From assembly GCA_051313645.2 (NCBI GenBank), contig JBNRSN020000013.1:92628001-92692000 (forward strand): a stretch of DNA of 64,000 nt, in the 5' to 3' direction. The notes beneath the pieces are model-generated. The model was not told where the DNA came from. It did no database searches and saw only the letters and a program-made list of their open reading frames with translations. Source of the stretch: Centroscyllium fabricii. Taxonomy: Eukaryota. This document shows positions 50,024 to 62,515 of this stretch, in pieces. The translations under genes and the position numbers were made by a program. The stretch's first letter is position 1, and the number at the start of each line of letters is the position of its first letter.

Positions 50024-50397
50024 TATTATGATGTCCCCACCTCAAAATGCTTTATAACCAAGTTATGTAGCAAATGCAGCAGAACATTTGTACAGATGCA
50101 GAAACAGCAAATGACTGACCAGATCATTTGTTTTTGGTGGTGTTGGTTCGGGGAGGAATGTTGACAGGGGGAGAACACCCTGTTCGTTACATCTACTTGA
50201 GAGCAGCAGATAGGGCTTCAGTTTAACATTTCAAAACTGGCACCTCATGCAGCACTTAATAATTTGACAAATTAAAACACAGCAGTGCACACATTTCAAT
50301 TGACACTCAGTTTGGCCGAATTGGTCTTATTCTCGCCTCAGACATTTGTGGGCTCAAGCCACTTCCAGGACTTGAGCACAATCACACCAGCGTAGTG

Positions 50398-50550
50398 ATG
50401 ATGTGGAGATGCCAGTGTTGGACTGGGGCGGACAAATGTTAAGAAGTCACAGTCCAACAGTTTTATTTGAAATCACAAGCTTTCGGAGCGTTGCTCCTTC
50501 GTCAGGTGGAGTGAAGAGATGCATAAAGGCACAGCATATATAAAGAACAG
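50398..50550 (-). mobile_element. Penelope-like terminal fragment with hammerhead motif
   Basis: The minus strand reads CACCTGACGAAGGAGCAACGCTCCGAAAGCTTGTG. The first 40 bp have an inverted partner at 58673-58712. Confidence 0.72.
50474..50508 (-). ncRNA. Minimal type I hammerhead ribozyme motif
   Basis: CAC-CUGACGA-A-GGAGC(AAC)GCUCC-GAAA-GCUU-GUG. Confidence 0.65.
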
Positions 50551-51773
50551 TGAGGTGGGGTCACAAGGGGTCAAATGTTGCACATGCTGGGGTCTGTAAG
50601 AAAAACAAAAAAGACAAAAAGCAACAAAAAATAAAACATTTTGCTGGAAATTGTCGTATTATTCAAACTTGCGCGTGGGCAAAAACATCAAGAGTGTATA
50701 TCTTTTGTGTCTTTTATTCCAGCAACCAGAACACGTTAACACAGTACTTTTGGTTTCAGTTTCCCTTGTTTCCTGTAACCCGGAACCTCAAGTAATGACC
50801 TTTGACCCTCCCATAATGCCCCTTGCCATTATGCTATCAGATTACACCACATCTCCCCTTTTCAGTTAAACAAAACCATACCTTTGCTTCTTTGTTTACT
50901 TTTGGCTTATAAATTAACATTGCCATAAACATAAGTATTTTCTCTAAAACAATATTGTCACATAACAATTCCCTTTATCAGAAAACCTTATATAAGGAAT
51001 TTTCCATAAACAGTGACCAAGATATGCATTCCCCACATTCAATTCTTTACACAGCAATGTTTCTTTCCCCCCCAGTTGTTACCTTAACCGTTTTTTTCAC
51101 AAGTCCAGTCTAGTGGGTTTTTGGGTTTTACTACAGGTCTTCCAGATCTCGTTCTGAAAGTGTGCTCCGGACTAGGTGTTTGTGGTCTCGGGGATGACAC
51201 AGGAGTGTGTGTCTGGGCAGGCACCTGTAAGTTGGTTGTGTCCATGACGCTCTCAGGTCCATCCATAGGAATAAGATGGTGCCTGTTTCTACGTACAGTC
51301 CCCTGAGGCACGTCTACTATGTAGGATCGTGGCGCTGAGTGTTCATTCACCACAGTCCCAGTGACTTTGGCGTCAGTCACCCACACCTGTTGCCCGGATG
51401 GGAGACTGCTGAGATCAGACGCTCGGTGACGCTTGTTGTAGCGTGTCAGATCGCGCTCCTTCTCTCCTTCTCTTTAACTATGGTGCTGCTCGGCAGTGCT
51501 GGGTCCAATAGTGATGGAGAGGTTGGCACAGTAGTGCGAAGCTGGCGCCCCATGAGCAGCTGAGCAGGACTAAATCAGTTCTGGAGTGGCGTTGATCTGT
51601 ATGCCAGCAAGGCAAGATACGGATCAGTGGCTTTCTTGAGGAGATTCTTTACCGTCTGCTTCTCCGTTGCTTTTCGGATATCTCGGGCTGCTGGTCACAT
51701 GCTGGAATCCATATGTCGCAGCGAAGGCTGAGAATATGCCACACGAGAATTGCGGCCCGTTATCAGTCACTAG

Positions 51774-52712
51774 CAGAATTGAGCAAGCTGGCGGCGCGCA
51801 TAGACGCAGCAGCTTTGCGTCTCCCGAATTTGTAGTGTCCCTGGTTCCCGCACTGTTCCTGGAGAGGACGGCGGGGTCGGTGGAGTAGAGCACCGGTGCT
51901 CCTCAATCAGGGCACCGGTGTTGACGCACCAAGCCGTCGTGGTCGTCGGAGCGCTGAGAGCTGCGAGGCCGTCGAGGGCCGGGAGCTGTGGGGCCGTTGG
52001 GCGCTGAGAGGCCCGGGAGCTGTGGGGCCGTCGGGCGCTGAGAGCTGCGAGGCCCGGGAGCGGAGAGCTGCGAGGCCCGGGAGCTGTGGGGCCGTCGGGG
52101 GCCGGGAGCTGCGAGGCCCGGGAGCTGTGGGGCCATCGGGGGCCGGGAGCTGCGAGGGCCGGGAGCTGTGGGGCCGTCGGGCGCGGAGAGCTGCGAGGCC
52201 CGGGAGCTGTGGGGCCGTCGGGGGCCGGGAGCTGCGAGGCCCGGGAGCTGTGGGGCCTGGGAGGCCCGGGAGCTGTGGGGCCGGGAGCCCCAGGACCGTC
52301 GGGGGCCGGGAGCTGCGAGGCCCGGGAGCTGTGGGGCCGTCGGGCGTTGAGAGCTGCGAGGCCCGGGAGCTGTGGGGCCGTCGGGGGCCGGGAGCTGCGA
52401 GGCCCGGGAGCTGTGGGGCCGTCGGGCGCTGAGAGGGCCGGGAGCTGCGAGGCCCGGGAGCTGCGAGGCCGTCGGGCGCGGAGACCTGCGAGGCCCGGGA
52501 GCTGCGAGGCCGTCGAGGGCCGGGAGCTGTGGGGCCGTCGTGGCCGGAGCGCCAGGGCGCATCGTGGCTGCAGCGCCGGGTGGTCCTGGTGGGATGGAAT
52601 GGATCAGACTGGGACTAAAGGACATTTTAATAATTTGGGAGATTGCATGTTTGCATTTCGTTGTTTTGTGTATGTTCACTTTACAATGACAATAAATTGA
52701 ATCTTATCTTAT
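51774..52712 (+). mobile_element. Non-coding retroposed insert with GC-rich minisatellite and Rex-like tail
   Basis: TAG duplicated at 51771-51773 and 52713-52715. Tail CAATGACAATAAATTGAATCTTATCTTAT. Repeats of GGCCCGGGAGCTG(CGA/TGG) at about 51950-52545. Confidence 0.75.
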
Positions 52713-55175
52713 TAGTGTCTCAGGTATTCCATGACGCGCGAACATTGATTTGAGATGAACTGTAACATCAGTGGACTTAGTGAAGGTGAGGTTTGCTATC
52801 TCAACATACCTCGAGTAATAGTCCACCACCAGCAGGTAGGTTTTTCCTTTAAGTGCAAACAAATCCGCACCTAACTTCTGCCAGGGTCTGTCAGGAAGTT
52901 CTGTCTGGATGAGCGGCTCTGCGTGGTTTGTACGTTCCCTGATACAGGTTCTACAGCTTAGCACTAGCTCGTTTAGCTGCTGGCTCAGGCCAGGCCACCA
53001 CACACTCTGTCGCGCCCGCTCCCTACATTTCACGACGCCCTGATGTCCTTCATGTAGCTTATCGAGGACATCATTGCTTAGGGGTGAAGGAATGACCAGC
53101 CTTGTGCCCTTCAGTAGAAGACCGTCCTGTACGGTTAGGAAGGCGCGCTCCGTCCAGTACAATTTTGAAGTTCCCTCACATGCGTTGTACTCAGGCCATC
53201 CATCCCGACACATCCGCATGACGGTAGAGCACACGTTGTCCGTTTTCAGGTGCTCTCTCAGGTTGTCCAGGTAGGAAACGCTCGCTGGGAGGTTCTCCAT
53301 GATGCTGTCCACATAGATGTTTGTGCTCTCCATGAGCTCTGTGTCTGTGTCTGTGTCTACTGCGTTGTTCTCCATCGGTGCTCGTGACAGCGTGTCTGCG
53401 GTCCACAAGCTTTTTCCAGGAACATGAGATATTATGTAAGAATACCTCATCAGTCTCATTCTGAAACGCTGGATCCTGGGGGGTAAGGCGTCCAAAGTTT
53501 GGGCCCCCAGGAGACTTAGCAGAGGTTTATGATCCGTCTCTAACTCAAAGTGTTGGCCTATCAGAAAGTCTCTGAACCTTTCACAGGCCCATGTCAGTGC
53601 CAGCGCCTCTTTTTCTATCTGTGCGTATCTCTGCTCGACTGGTGAGAGAGATCTGGAAGCGTAGGCGACAGGCCTCCATTCCTCGCCCCATTTCTGTAGC
53701 AGGACCGGTCCCAGTCCGAAACTGGACGCATCTGCTGACACCTTACTCTCTTTGTTGGGATCATACAGAGCTAGCACAGGTGTGCTCGACAGCTCCTCCT
53801 TCAGGCTGTTGAAGGCTTTGACCTGGTCGACTCCCCAGAGCCAGTGATTTTTCTTAGACAGCAAGTCTCTGAGTGGTTTATCCTTTTCTGCTAGCTGAGG
53901 GATAAACTTTCCTAACTGATTCACCATCCCCAGAAAGCTGCGTAGCTCACTTACATTGGTGGGCTCCTGCATCTCTCTTACTGCTGCTGTTTTAGTCGCG
54001 TCTGACTTTACTCCCTCATCTGTAATTATGTGACCCAGGAATTTATCTTCCCTTACTGAGAACTCACATTTCTCCAGGTTGAGAGTTATTCCTGCCTTCT
54101 CTATCTTCCTCAACACTGCATGAAGACGAGAGTCATGTTCTGTCTGCGTGTGCCCCCATATTAGTACATCATCCATATGGCAAACGACGCCCTCTAAGCC
54201 CTCAGTGATCTCTGTGACCATTCTATTCTGGAAGTGCTCGGGTGCTGATGCAATCCCAAAGGGTAACGTATTAAAGTAATACCTCCCGAATGGTGTAAAA
54301 AAGGTCGTCAGTTTAGCTGATTCTTCGGCTAGCGGTATTTGCCAGAAGCCCATGTTAGCGTCTAGCTTGCTAAAGATCTGAGCATCAGCTAGTGAGCCTA
54401 GAGTCTGCTCTACCGAAGGCAGTATATACTTCTCCCTACACACTGACTTGTTTAGCATTGTGAGATCGACACATATGCGAGGCTCTCCTGACTTTTTTGC
54501 TACTACTACCATGCCGGAGCACCATTCAGTGGGCTCCTCTACCCGGCTGATAACTCCTATCCTTTCCATGCGCTCAAGTTCTTTTTTCACCTTTGGCATC
54601 AGTGGAAGAGGTATCCGTCGCGGTGTCTTCATGGAGAATGGCTCCGCCCCAGGTTTCAGCTTGATGGTGTATGGCTGCTGTGTAAGGCCAAGACCGCTGC
54701 ACAGCTTTGGATAACTGTTTTTCAGTGTGTCCAGGTCGATGGTGTTGAGTCGTGCCACCAGCTCCAGCTTGGTGATGGCGGGTCTGCCTAGTAACGCTGT
54801 GTGCAGGTTTCTTATCACATACACGTCCTCTTGTATCTGCTGTCCTCCTTTCTGTAGCGTGATGTTTGAGACTCCCAGGACATCCAGTGGAGTGCATCCT
54901 GGTCCCAGTATCGGCCTTTTTGCTTGTTGAAGTTTTGGAATGTCACCTTTGAATACAGTATTAAACACATAGTCAGGGATAACAGTCACATCTGCGCCAG
55001 TGTCTATTTTAAATTGGACCTTTCTGTCTTTGATCTTCAGGTTCACCATCCAAGGATCTCCGCCTGCTGCCACTGTGCCCAGGAATAAGCTGCTGTCCTC
55101 CTCCTCTTCTTGTACCTCGTGCACAACTTTGGAGGATGCACACATGCTTATAGTGGCCTTTCTTGCCACACGCAT
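52704..55175 (-). pseudogene. Gypsy pol (PR-RT-RH-IN); integrase interrupted, remainder at about 51084-51773
   Basis: FKIDTGAD, LPFG, HMDDVL, ADAS, TDHKPL, HEGH...CRTC, VVDYYSRY. Continues LVTDNGPQF beyond the insert. Confidence 0.93.
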
Positions 55176-55865
55176 GACACATTACATCATTAGCAGGGCA
55201 CTCCGTTTTTGAATGGGAGGGACTGTTTCCACATTTGAAGCATGATTTTGACTGTGTACGTTTTGTTTGGCTTGTTAAACTTCTTATTTCTATAAAATTG
55301 TTTGCCTTTACCCACGACACAGAGCATGTCTCCTTAGTATTTTTTCCCCGCAGGTTGCACTGTTGCTGTCTCACTGCTTCCGTCTGTCTGGCCATTGCCA
55401 TCGCTTTTTCTAGTGTGAGGTCTTTATCCAGCTGCATTCTCTGTGACAGGCACACGTCTGCTAGCCTGACAACTAACCTGTCCCTAATCAGTTCATTGTG
55501 CAAAGCTCCGTAGTTAGTGTTCAGCCAAGGTATACAATGCGGTCACAAAAGAATCGATTGTTTCACCTGTTCCTTGCTTCCTCATATTAAAACGTGCTCT
55601 TTCATAAATCACGTTCTTCTTCAACACAAAGAATGCCAGAAATCCATCTCTTACTGCGTCATACTGTAGTTGCTGAGCGTCGGATAGATTCAGTCCTTTC
55701 AGAACGTCATCCGCTTCGTCTCCCATACAGTACATAAGAGTGTTCACTTGGTTCGCCTGTGTGGTTGTATGGAGTTTACTGGCCTGACGAAAGCGCTCAA
55801 ACCTCCGTATCCACTTTTCCCATTCTTGGGGTTTGGTGAAGTCAAACGGCTCCGGTGGCTGGAAG

Positions 55866-58674
55866 CTATCACGGAGATGTGGCTGAAGGAGGGGCAGGAA
55901 TGGCAGCTAAATATTCCGGGGTATAGAATTTTCAGGCGGGACAGAGACGAGGGAAAAAGGGGAGGGGGGGGTAGCGATACTGATTAAGGATTCAATCACA
56001 GCCATCAGGCGGGTCGACCTAATGGATGATTCCTCAAACGAGGCACTATGGGTGGAGGTAAAAAATAAAAACGGGGGGGGGGGGGGGGGGCACCTTACTG
56101 GGAGTATATTATAGACCACCAAACAGTAAAGGGGAGATGGAGGGTAAGATATGTGAGCAAATCACGAAGATAAGCGAAAATAACAAAGTAATAATATTAG
56201 GGGACTTTAATTTCCCCAACATCAACTGGGATTGTCAGAGTGTGAGGGGCACGGAAGGTTCAGCATTCTTAAAATGCAGCCAAGAGAGTTTTTTGAAGCA
56301 ATATGTTGGGTCACCTACAAGGGGGGGGGGGGCGGTACTAGACCTAATACTTGGGAACGAGGACGGGCAGATAGAGGAGGTAACAGTGGGGGAGCACTTC
56401 GGGGATAGCGACCACAATTCAGTTAGTTTCAAGATTGTAATGGAGAAGGATAAAAATGGACCAGGGGTAAAAGTACTAAACTGGGGGAAGGCGGATTTCA
56501 TTAAAATTAGGCGCGATGTAGCCGCAGTAGATTGGGGCCATCTTCTCAGAGGAAGATCTGCATCAGAGCAGTGGGAGGCCTTCAGAGGGAAGGTCGGGAA
56601 GATACAGGAGGAACATGTTCCTGCAAAAATCAAGGGCGGGGGAGGTAAACAAAGGGAACCTTGGATGTCTAGGGATATATGTAAATTAATGAAGAAAAAA
56701 AGGGGGGCCTTCAATGAATATAAACGGCTAAAAACTGAGGAGGTGCTAGGGGAGTATAAGAAGTATAGGGGGGAATTAAAGAAGGAGATAAGAAAAGCCA
56801 AGAGGGGTCACGAGATTGCAATGGCCGGCAAAATCAAGGATAACCCTAAGGCATTTTACAGTTATATAAAAAACAAAAGGATCACGAGGGAAAGAGTGGG
56901 GCCCATTAAGGACGATAGCGGAAAGTTGTGCGTCGAGCCCGAGGCGGTGGGGGAGGTACTAAACGAATTTTTCTCTTCAGTATTCACAAGAGAGAGGGAC
57001 GGAACCGACATTGTAATCGGACAGAGTGTAGGGGGGGTAATTGAGGATATTACCATTACAAGGGAAGAAGTACTAGAAATCTTGGGAAGCTTAAAGGTAG
57101 ACAAATCACCAGGGCCGGACGCGATGTTCCCCAGGCTGCTGTTCGAGGCCAGGGAAGAGCTTGCGGGCCCCCCGTCTCAAATTTTCAGGTCCTCTCTCGC
57201 GTCAGGGGATGTACCCGAGGACTGGAGAACGGCTAATGTAGTACCCCTGTTTAAAAAGGGTAGTAGGGACAAACCGGGTAACTATAGGCCAATCAGTCTT
57301 ACATCTGTAGTGGGGAAAGTAATGGAAAAAATTCTGAGGGACAAAATCAGTCTGCATTTGGAAAAGCAGGGTCTGATAAGGGATAGTCAACATGGCTTCG
57401 TCAAAGGTAAGTCGTGCCTAACTAATCTGTTGGAATTCTTTGAAGAGGTAACAAAGAGGGTGGATGAAGGGAGTACTGTTGACGTGGTGTATATGGACTT
57501 CAGCAAGGCTTTTGATAAAGTCCCACATAGGAGACTAATAACAAAGGTTAAAGCACATGGGATACAGGGCAACTTGGCACAGTGGATTCAAAATTGGCTG
57601 GGGGATAGGAGACAAAGGGTAATGGTAGAGGGCTGCTTCTGTGACTGGAAACCAGTAACCAGCGGTGTCCCCCAAGGATCGGTTTTGGGACCCTTACTGT
57701 TTCTAGTATACATCAATGATTTGTACATGGGAGTAGGGGGTACGATCAGCAAATTTGCTGATGATACGAAAATTGGAAGGGTGGTAAATAACGATGAAGA
57801 TAGTAAAAGGCTCCAGGAAGATATAAATGTAATGGTTAGTTGGGCAGAAAAATGGCAAATGGAGTTCAACCCAGAGAAATGCGAGGTCATACAATTCGGC
57901 AGACCAAATGGGGTAAGGGAATATACCATGAACAAAAAAACGTTAGGTAGGACCGAGGAACAGAGGGACCTTGGGGTACAGGTGCACAGCTCCCTGAAGG
58001 TTGCTGGACACGTAAACAAGGTGGTTAAAAAGGCATACGGAATTCTGGCCTTTATTAACCAGGGCATAGTATACAAAAGTAGGGAGGTAATGTTAAACTT
58101 GTATAACACGCTGGTGAGACCTCAGCTGGAGTACTGTGTGCAGTTCTGGTCACCGCACTTCAGGAAGGATGTGGTTGCCCTGGAGAGGGTGCAGAGAAGG
58201 TTTACCAGGATGATACCTGGTCTGGGGGACCTATGCTACGAGGAAAGGCTGGACAGGCTGGGGTTGTTTGCCTTGGAGAAGAGAAGATTGAGGGGTGACA
58301 TGATTGAGGTGTACAGGATCATGAGAGGACACGATAGGGTGGATAAAGGGGCATTGTTTCCCTTGGTGGGAGAGTCAAGTACTAGGGGACATAGATTCAA
58401 GATTAGGGGGGGGAGGTAAGGAGAAATTTCTTTACTCAGAGGGTGGTGGAAGTGTGGAACTCCCTGCCTGTAAGGGTGGTGGAGGCAGAAACCATCGCAA
58501 CATTTAAAAAATATTTGGACCAGCACATGAAGGACCGTAACATACAGGGTTATGGGCCAGGTGCGGGCAAATGGGGTTAGTATAGTGAGGAGTTTCCTGG
58601 GCCGGTGCGGACTGGATGGGCCGAATGGCCTTTATCCGCACTGTAAAGTTTCTATGATTCTATGATTCTATGAT
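55866..58674 (+). mobile_element. 5'-truncated CR1 LINE (ORF2 only; 760-aa open stretch 56137-58419)
   Basis: ITEMWL, GDFN, SDH, YMDFSKAFD, FADD; tail of TTCTATGA repeats. Confidence 0.94.
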
Positions 58675-58809
58675 TTGCCCGCCACAGACCAACACCGGCA
58701 TCTCCACATCATGTCATATTGACGTCACATTAAGCTAACTAATAAATGTTTGAAATGGGGCTATTCCATGAATTGCCTGACCTTGTATTACAAAACTTGC
58801 TACATGTTA

Positions 58810-59095
58810 AGGCAGTGAGCTGAGTCACAGATCAAGTTCCTGGTTCAATCCTTGGTCTGCACGGAGTAGTTAGCTGATCTCAGCTACAGCAACGATAAGA
58901 ACACTATGATCAGCCTAATCACAGCTGGGCTAGAAAAGGGGTGCAAAAGGTCCCTATTCCGGATCACCATCTGGTAACTCCCAACAGGATGTGCATTACG
59001 TAGGCTTTAGGTAAGGACAGGATTGGATAGCCAGCCAACACATCTAACGTCACACATGAAAAATGGCCACTCGGGCTAGGTACTGGAGGCCCAGC
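58810..59095 (+). mobile_element. Old tRNA-derived SINE-like fragment
   Basis: B-box-like CCTGGTTCAATCC followed by GTTAGCTGATCTCAGC. Loosely similar reversed sequence at about 1750-1890 and 48620-48790. Confidence 0.4.
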
Positions 59096-59099
59096 ACCA

Positions 59100-60152
59100 A
59101 CCTCCCGTTACTAAACCTCCTGAAGACCTCCTAAACCCGTGGCCAACTTTCCTGCAACTCCAGGTTTACAATTCTCCAATCAGATTTCCATCTCTACCAC
59201 AACACCAAAATTGACATGGTTACCACACCATCCTCCTTCAAAGCCTCTCCTCTGTTGTCCAGATCAGTCGGACTGCCCTCACTTGGTTCCACTCTTACCG
59301 ATCCAATCATAGTAAGATCACCACCAGTAATGGCCCCTGCACTGGTATCGCTGGAGTCCCCAAGGACCTATGCCTGGCCCCTCTTCTTCCTCGGCTACAC
59401 CTTGCCCCATGGTGACGTCATTGGCCGACACGGGTCAGCTTCCACACGTACGCTAAAGACATCCAGCTCTACACCACCTCTCAACCAGGCCACTGCTCTG
59501 TGCTGTCAGACTGCTTGCCCAACATTCAATCTTGGATGAGCTGCAATCTCTTTCAGATCAAAATTGGGAAGACTGAGCCATTACCCTCACCACAAATTCC
59601 GTAACCTTGCTACTGATTCCATCCCCCTCCCCAGTCACAGACTCAAATTGAACCAGACTCTCCAGAACCTATTCAACTCCAAGCTGAGCTTCGGACTCCA
59701 TATCCTATCCCACATTAAATCCCACTCACCCATCACCATTGTCCTTGGATACCAATCCCAACATCTCAGATTTAAAATTCTCATGTTCAAATCTCTTCAT
59801 GGCTTTGCCTTCTCCAACCCTGTAACTGCCCAAAACCACCACCACCCCCGCCTCCACAAACCTGCATTCCTCAGATTCTGGCCTCCTGTATATCTCCCTC
59901 ACACCTAACCACTAGCAGCTGTGAGTGAAGCCGTTTAGGCCCTACGTTCAAATTTTTTCCCTAAACTCTTCAACTGTTCACCTCCCTCGCCTGCTTCAAG
60001 ACCCTCCTTAGAAGCCGCTTCTTTGACCAAGTTTATGGTTACACCTCCCAATATCTCTTTCTTTGGCTCAATGTCCATTTATTGTTTAATTATGACTCTG
60101 AAGCATCTTGTACGCTTTTCTATGTTAAAAGCACTATATAAATGCAAGTCGC
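59100..60152 (+). mobile_element. Decayed L2-like LINE 3' fragment
   Basis: Collinear with 6200-6980 and 12008-12553; tail GCACTATATAAATGCAAG. Confidence 0.7.
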
Positions 60153-60186
60153 TGGCATATATTACAATTTAGGCCACTTCCTTATA

Positions 60187-60574
60187 CAGGTACACAATCC
60201 TTTATCCGAAAAACTCAGGACTAGGTGGGTTTTGTTTTTTGGATAAATACGGTTTTTAGAGTTGGCCCTAGTGGGCATGCGCAGATCGCTTGCGCATGTG
60301 CATTTCTGTGTTTGCGGCCCAGCTCGCGGTCGGGGAACGGCATATCGGCCGTTTGGAAGGGGGGGGGGGGGGGGGAAGACCGGCCGTTTGGAGGGGGGAG
60401 ACCGGCCGTTTGGAGGAGGAGATCGGCCATTTTTTTCCTCAGCACAGCATCGGGGTAGGAATGTGTTTTTTCTGCTGCAGCTTAAATCATTTTTTTCTTA
60501 AATAAATTGAAGAAAAACTTCGTTTTTTGGAGCTTTTCGGTTTTTGGAGTTGCGGATAAGCGATTGTGTACCTG
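60187..60574. mobile_element. Tigger-like MITE
   Basis: TA|CAGGTACACAATCCTTTATCCG ... CGGATAAGCGATTGTGTACCTG|TA. Confidence 0.88.
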
Positions 60575-60764
60575 TACTACGTTCTTTAACTGCAGGAGTC
60601 TACTTCCATAGGCACATCTGTGCTTTATATGAACCTCCTTGCCCTTATCGCTAAATATCTGGGATAGCGTTGCTGCAGGACAAACAATGAACTCTTCTAC
60701 TGTAGTGCTCCTGAAATAACATGGATATCCACCATGTATTCCCAATCTCTCTGAACCAGAACAC

Positions 60765-60973
60765 AGAAGTCACACAACACCAGATTATAGTCCAACGGTT
60801 TTATTTTAAATCACAAGCTTTCGGAGCGCTGCTCCTTCCTCAGGTGGAGCTCCTGAGGAAGGAGCAGCGCTCCGAAAGCTTGTGATTTAAAATAAAACCG
60901 TTGGACTATAATCTGGTGTTGTGTGACTTCTTGCATTTGTCCACCCCAGTCCAACACCGGCACCTCCACATTA
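60765..60973. mobile_element. Palindromic Penelope-like mini-element
   Basis: Perfect 80-bp arms 60765-60844 / 60852-60931. Flanking 22-bp direct repeat at 60748-60769 and 60974-60995. Confidence 0.8.
60812..60846 (-). ncRNA. Minimal type I hammerhead ribozyme motif
   Basis: CAC-CUGAGGA-A-GGAGC(AGC)GCUCC-GAAA-GCUU-GUG. Confidence 0.65.
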
Positions 60974-61125
60974 TCTCTGAACCAGAACACAGAAGAACCA
61001 CATTCCTCAGGCTAAAAAAGAACTTGTTTTTACTAAAAAAAAAAGTAAAGTCCTTAGTTGTCACTATTACTTTAAAAACAGTTTTTCTCTAACTAAAATA
61101 TTGAAAGAAGCTTTGAGGGTTTCCC

Positions 61126-61990
61126 CTCACTTAACCTGTCTATATCCCTTTGCAGGCTCTTTGTGTCCTCTTCACAGCTTTGGGAAAGTAAGCTGAGGAG
61201 GACACAAAGAGCCTGCAAAGGGATATAGGCAGGTTAAGTGAGTGGGCAATAAGGTGGCAGATGGAGTGTAATGTGGGGAAATGTGAGGTTATCCACTTTG
61301 GTAGGAAGAATAGAAAAACAGAATATTTTTTAAATGGTAAATGTTTAAATGTCGGCATTCAGAGAGATTTAGGTGTCCTCGTACAGGAAATACAAAGTTA
61401 GCATGGAGGTACAGCACGCAATTAGGAAGGCAAATGGCATGTTGGCCTTTATTGCAAGGGGGTTGGTGTACAAGACAATTGTACAGGGCTTTGGTGAGAC
61501 CACACCTGGAGTGCTGTGCAGTTTTGGTCTCCTTATCTGAGAAAGGACATACTTGCCTTAGAGGCGGTGCAACTAAGGTTCACTAGAGTGATCCCTGGGA
61601 TGAGAGAGTTGTCCTATGAGGAGAGATTGAGCCGATACTCGAGTTTAGAAGAATGAGAGGTGATCTCATTGAAATGTAATATTCCGAGGAAGGTTGACAG
61701 GGTAGTTGCTGAGAGGTTGTTTCCCCTGGGAGAGTCTAGAACTAGGTGGCAATCTCAGGATAAGGGGTAGGCCATTTAAGACTGAGATGAGGAGGAATTT
61801 CTTTACTCAGAGTTGTGAATCTTTGGAATTCTCTACCCCAAAGGGCGGTTGATGCTGAGTCGTCAAGTATATTCAAGGCTGAGAGATAGATTTTTGGACT
61901 GTGGGAATCAGGGGATATGGGAGGTCGAAGATCAGCCATGATCTTACTGAATGGCGGAGCAGGCTTGGAGGGCCTAATTCTTATGTTCTT
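61126..61990 (+). mobile_element. CR1 3' fragment with a 5' foldback
   Basis: CEVIHFGRKNRK, ALVRPHLEC and CR1 tail. 61126-61180 is an inverted copy of 61190-61242. Confidence 0.85.
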
Positions 61991-62515
61991 TGAGGGCATT
62001 TTTCGTAATTGTACAGCATTGCATTCAGAGTCCTGCCTTACTGCAACGACCTACACGTGCAATCTTGCCATATTGATCCCAGAATCAAGCGGTTTCTGCC
62101 TGTAGAACTGTCAAATCAAGATAGAATCCAAATGTATAAGGGCAACCTCCTCAGATATGACTCAAGTAATTTATGTAACCTCAGGACAAAAACAAAATTT
62201 AGAGTCATGCTCGAAGGACTCCCTGGTGAAGCAGCGTTTGGTCATTTCCAAACAGACAGCAGACATTATGAGAGACTGTAGGCCTGGAACAATTACAACT
62301 ACAACAGACTAAGCATGGGCAATTTCTATTGACAGAAATTATGAGGTAGAGTTTCTGTTTTTGGCGCAATTGTCGATTCTGCTGCAAATTGCGGCCAAAA
62401 TTGCACCAGTTTTGAAAAATGTTCCTCCCCCCACCCGAGAGTTTCTGCTTACTCATTTGCATATCACCAAACACAAAATCTGCCATGAACCAGCACAATC
62501 GGGCAGCATTTTAAC

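Larger units (their letters stand above)
50551..55865 (-). mobile_element. Gypsy LTR retrotransposon lacking its 5' LTR
   Basis: gag pieces (FQPPEPFDF...WIRRFERF; CFKCGNSPSHSKTECP knuckle), pol, PPT GAAAAGGGGAGA (50863-50852), 3' LTR 50551-50851 with TGTGGTG...CACCTCA ends. Confidence 0.93.

Noticed and set aside
51896-52700. Long ORFs on both strands (178-258 aa)
   Set aside because: They arise from a stop-poor GC-rich minisatellite and have no domain motifs.
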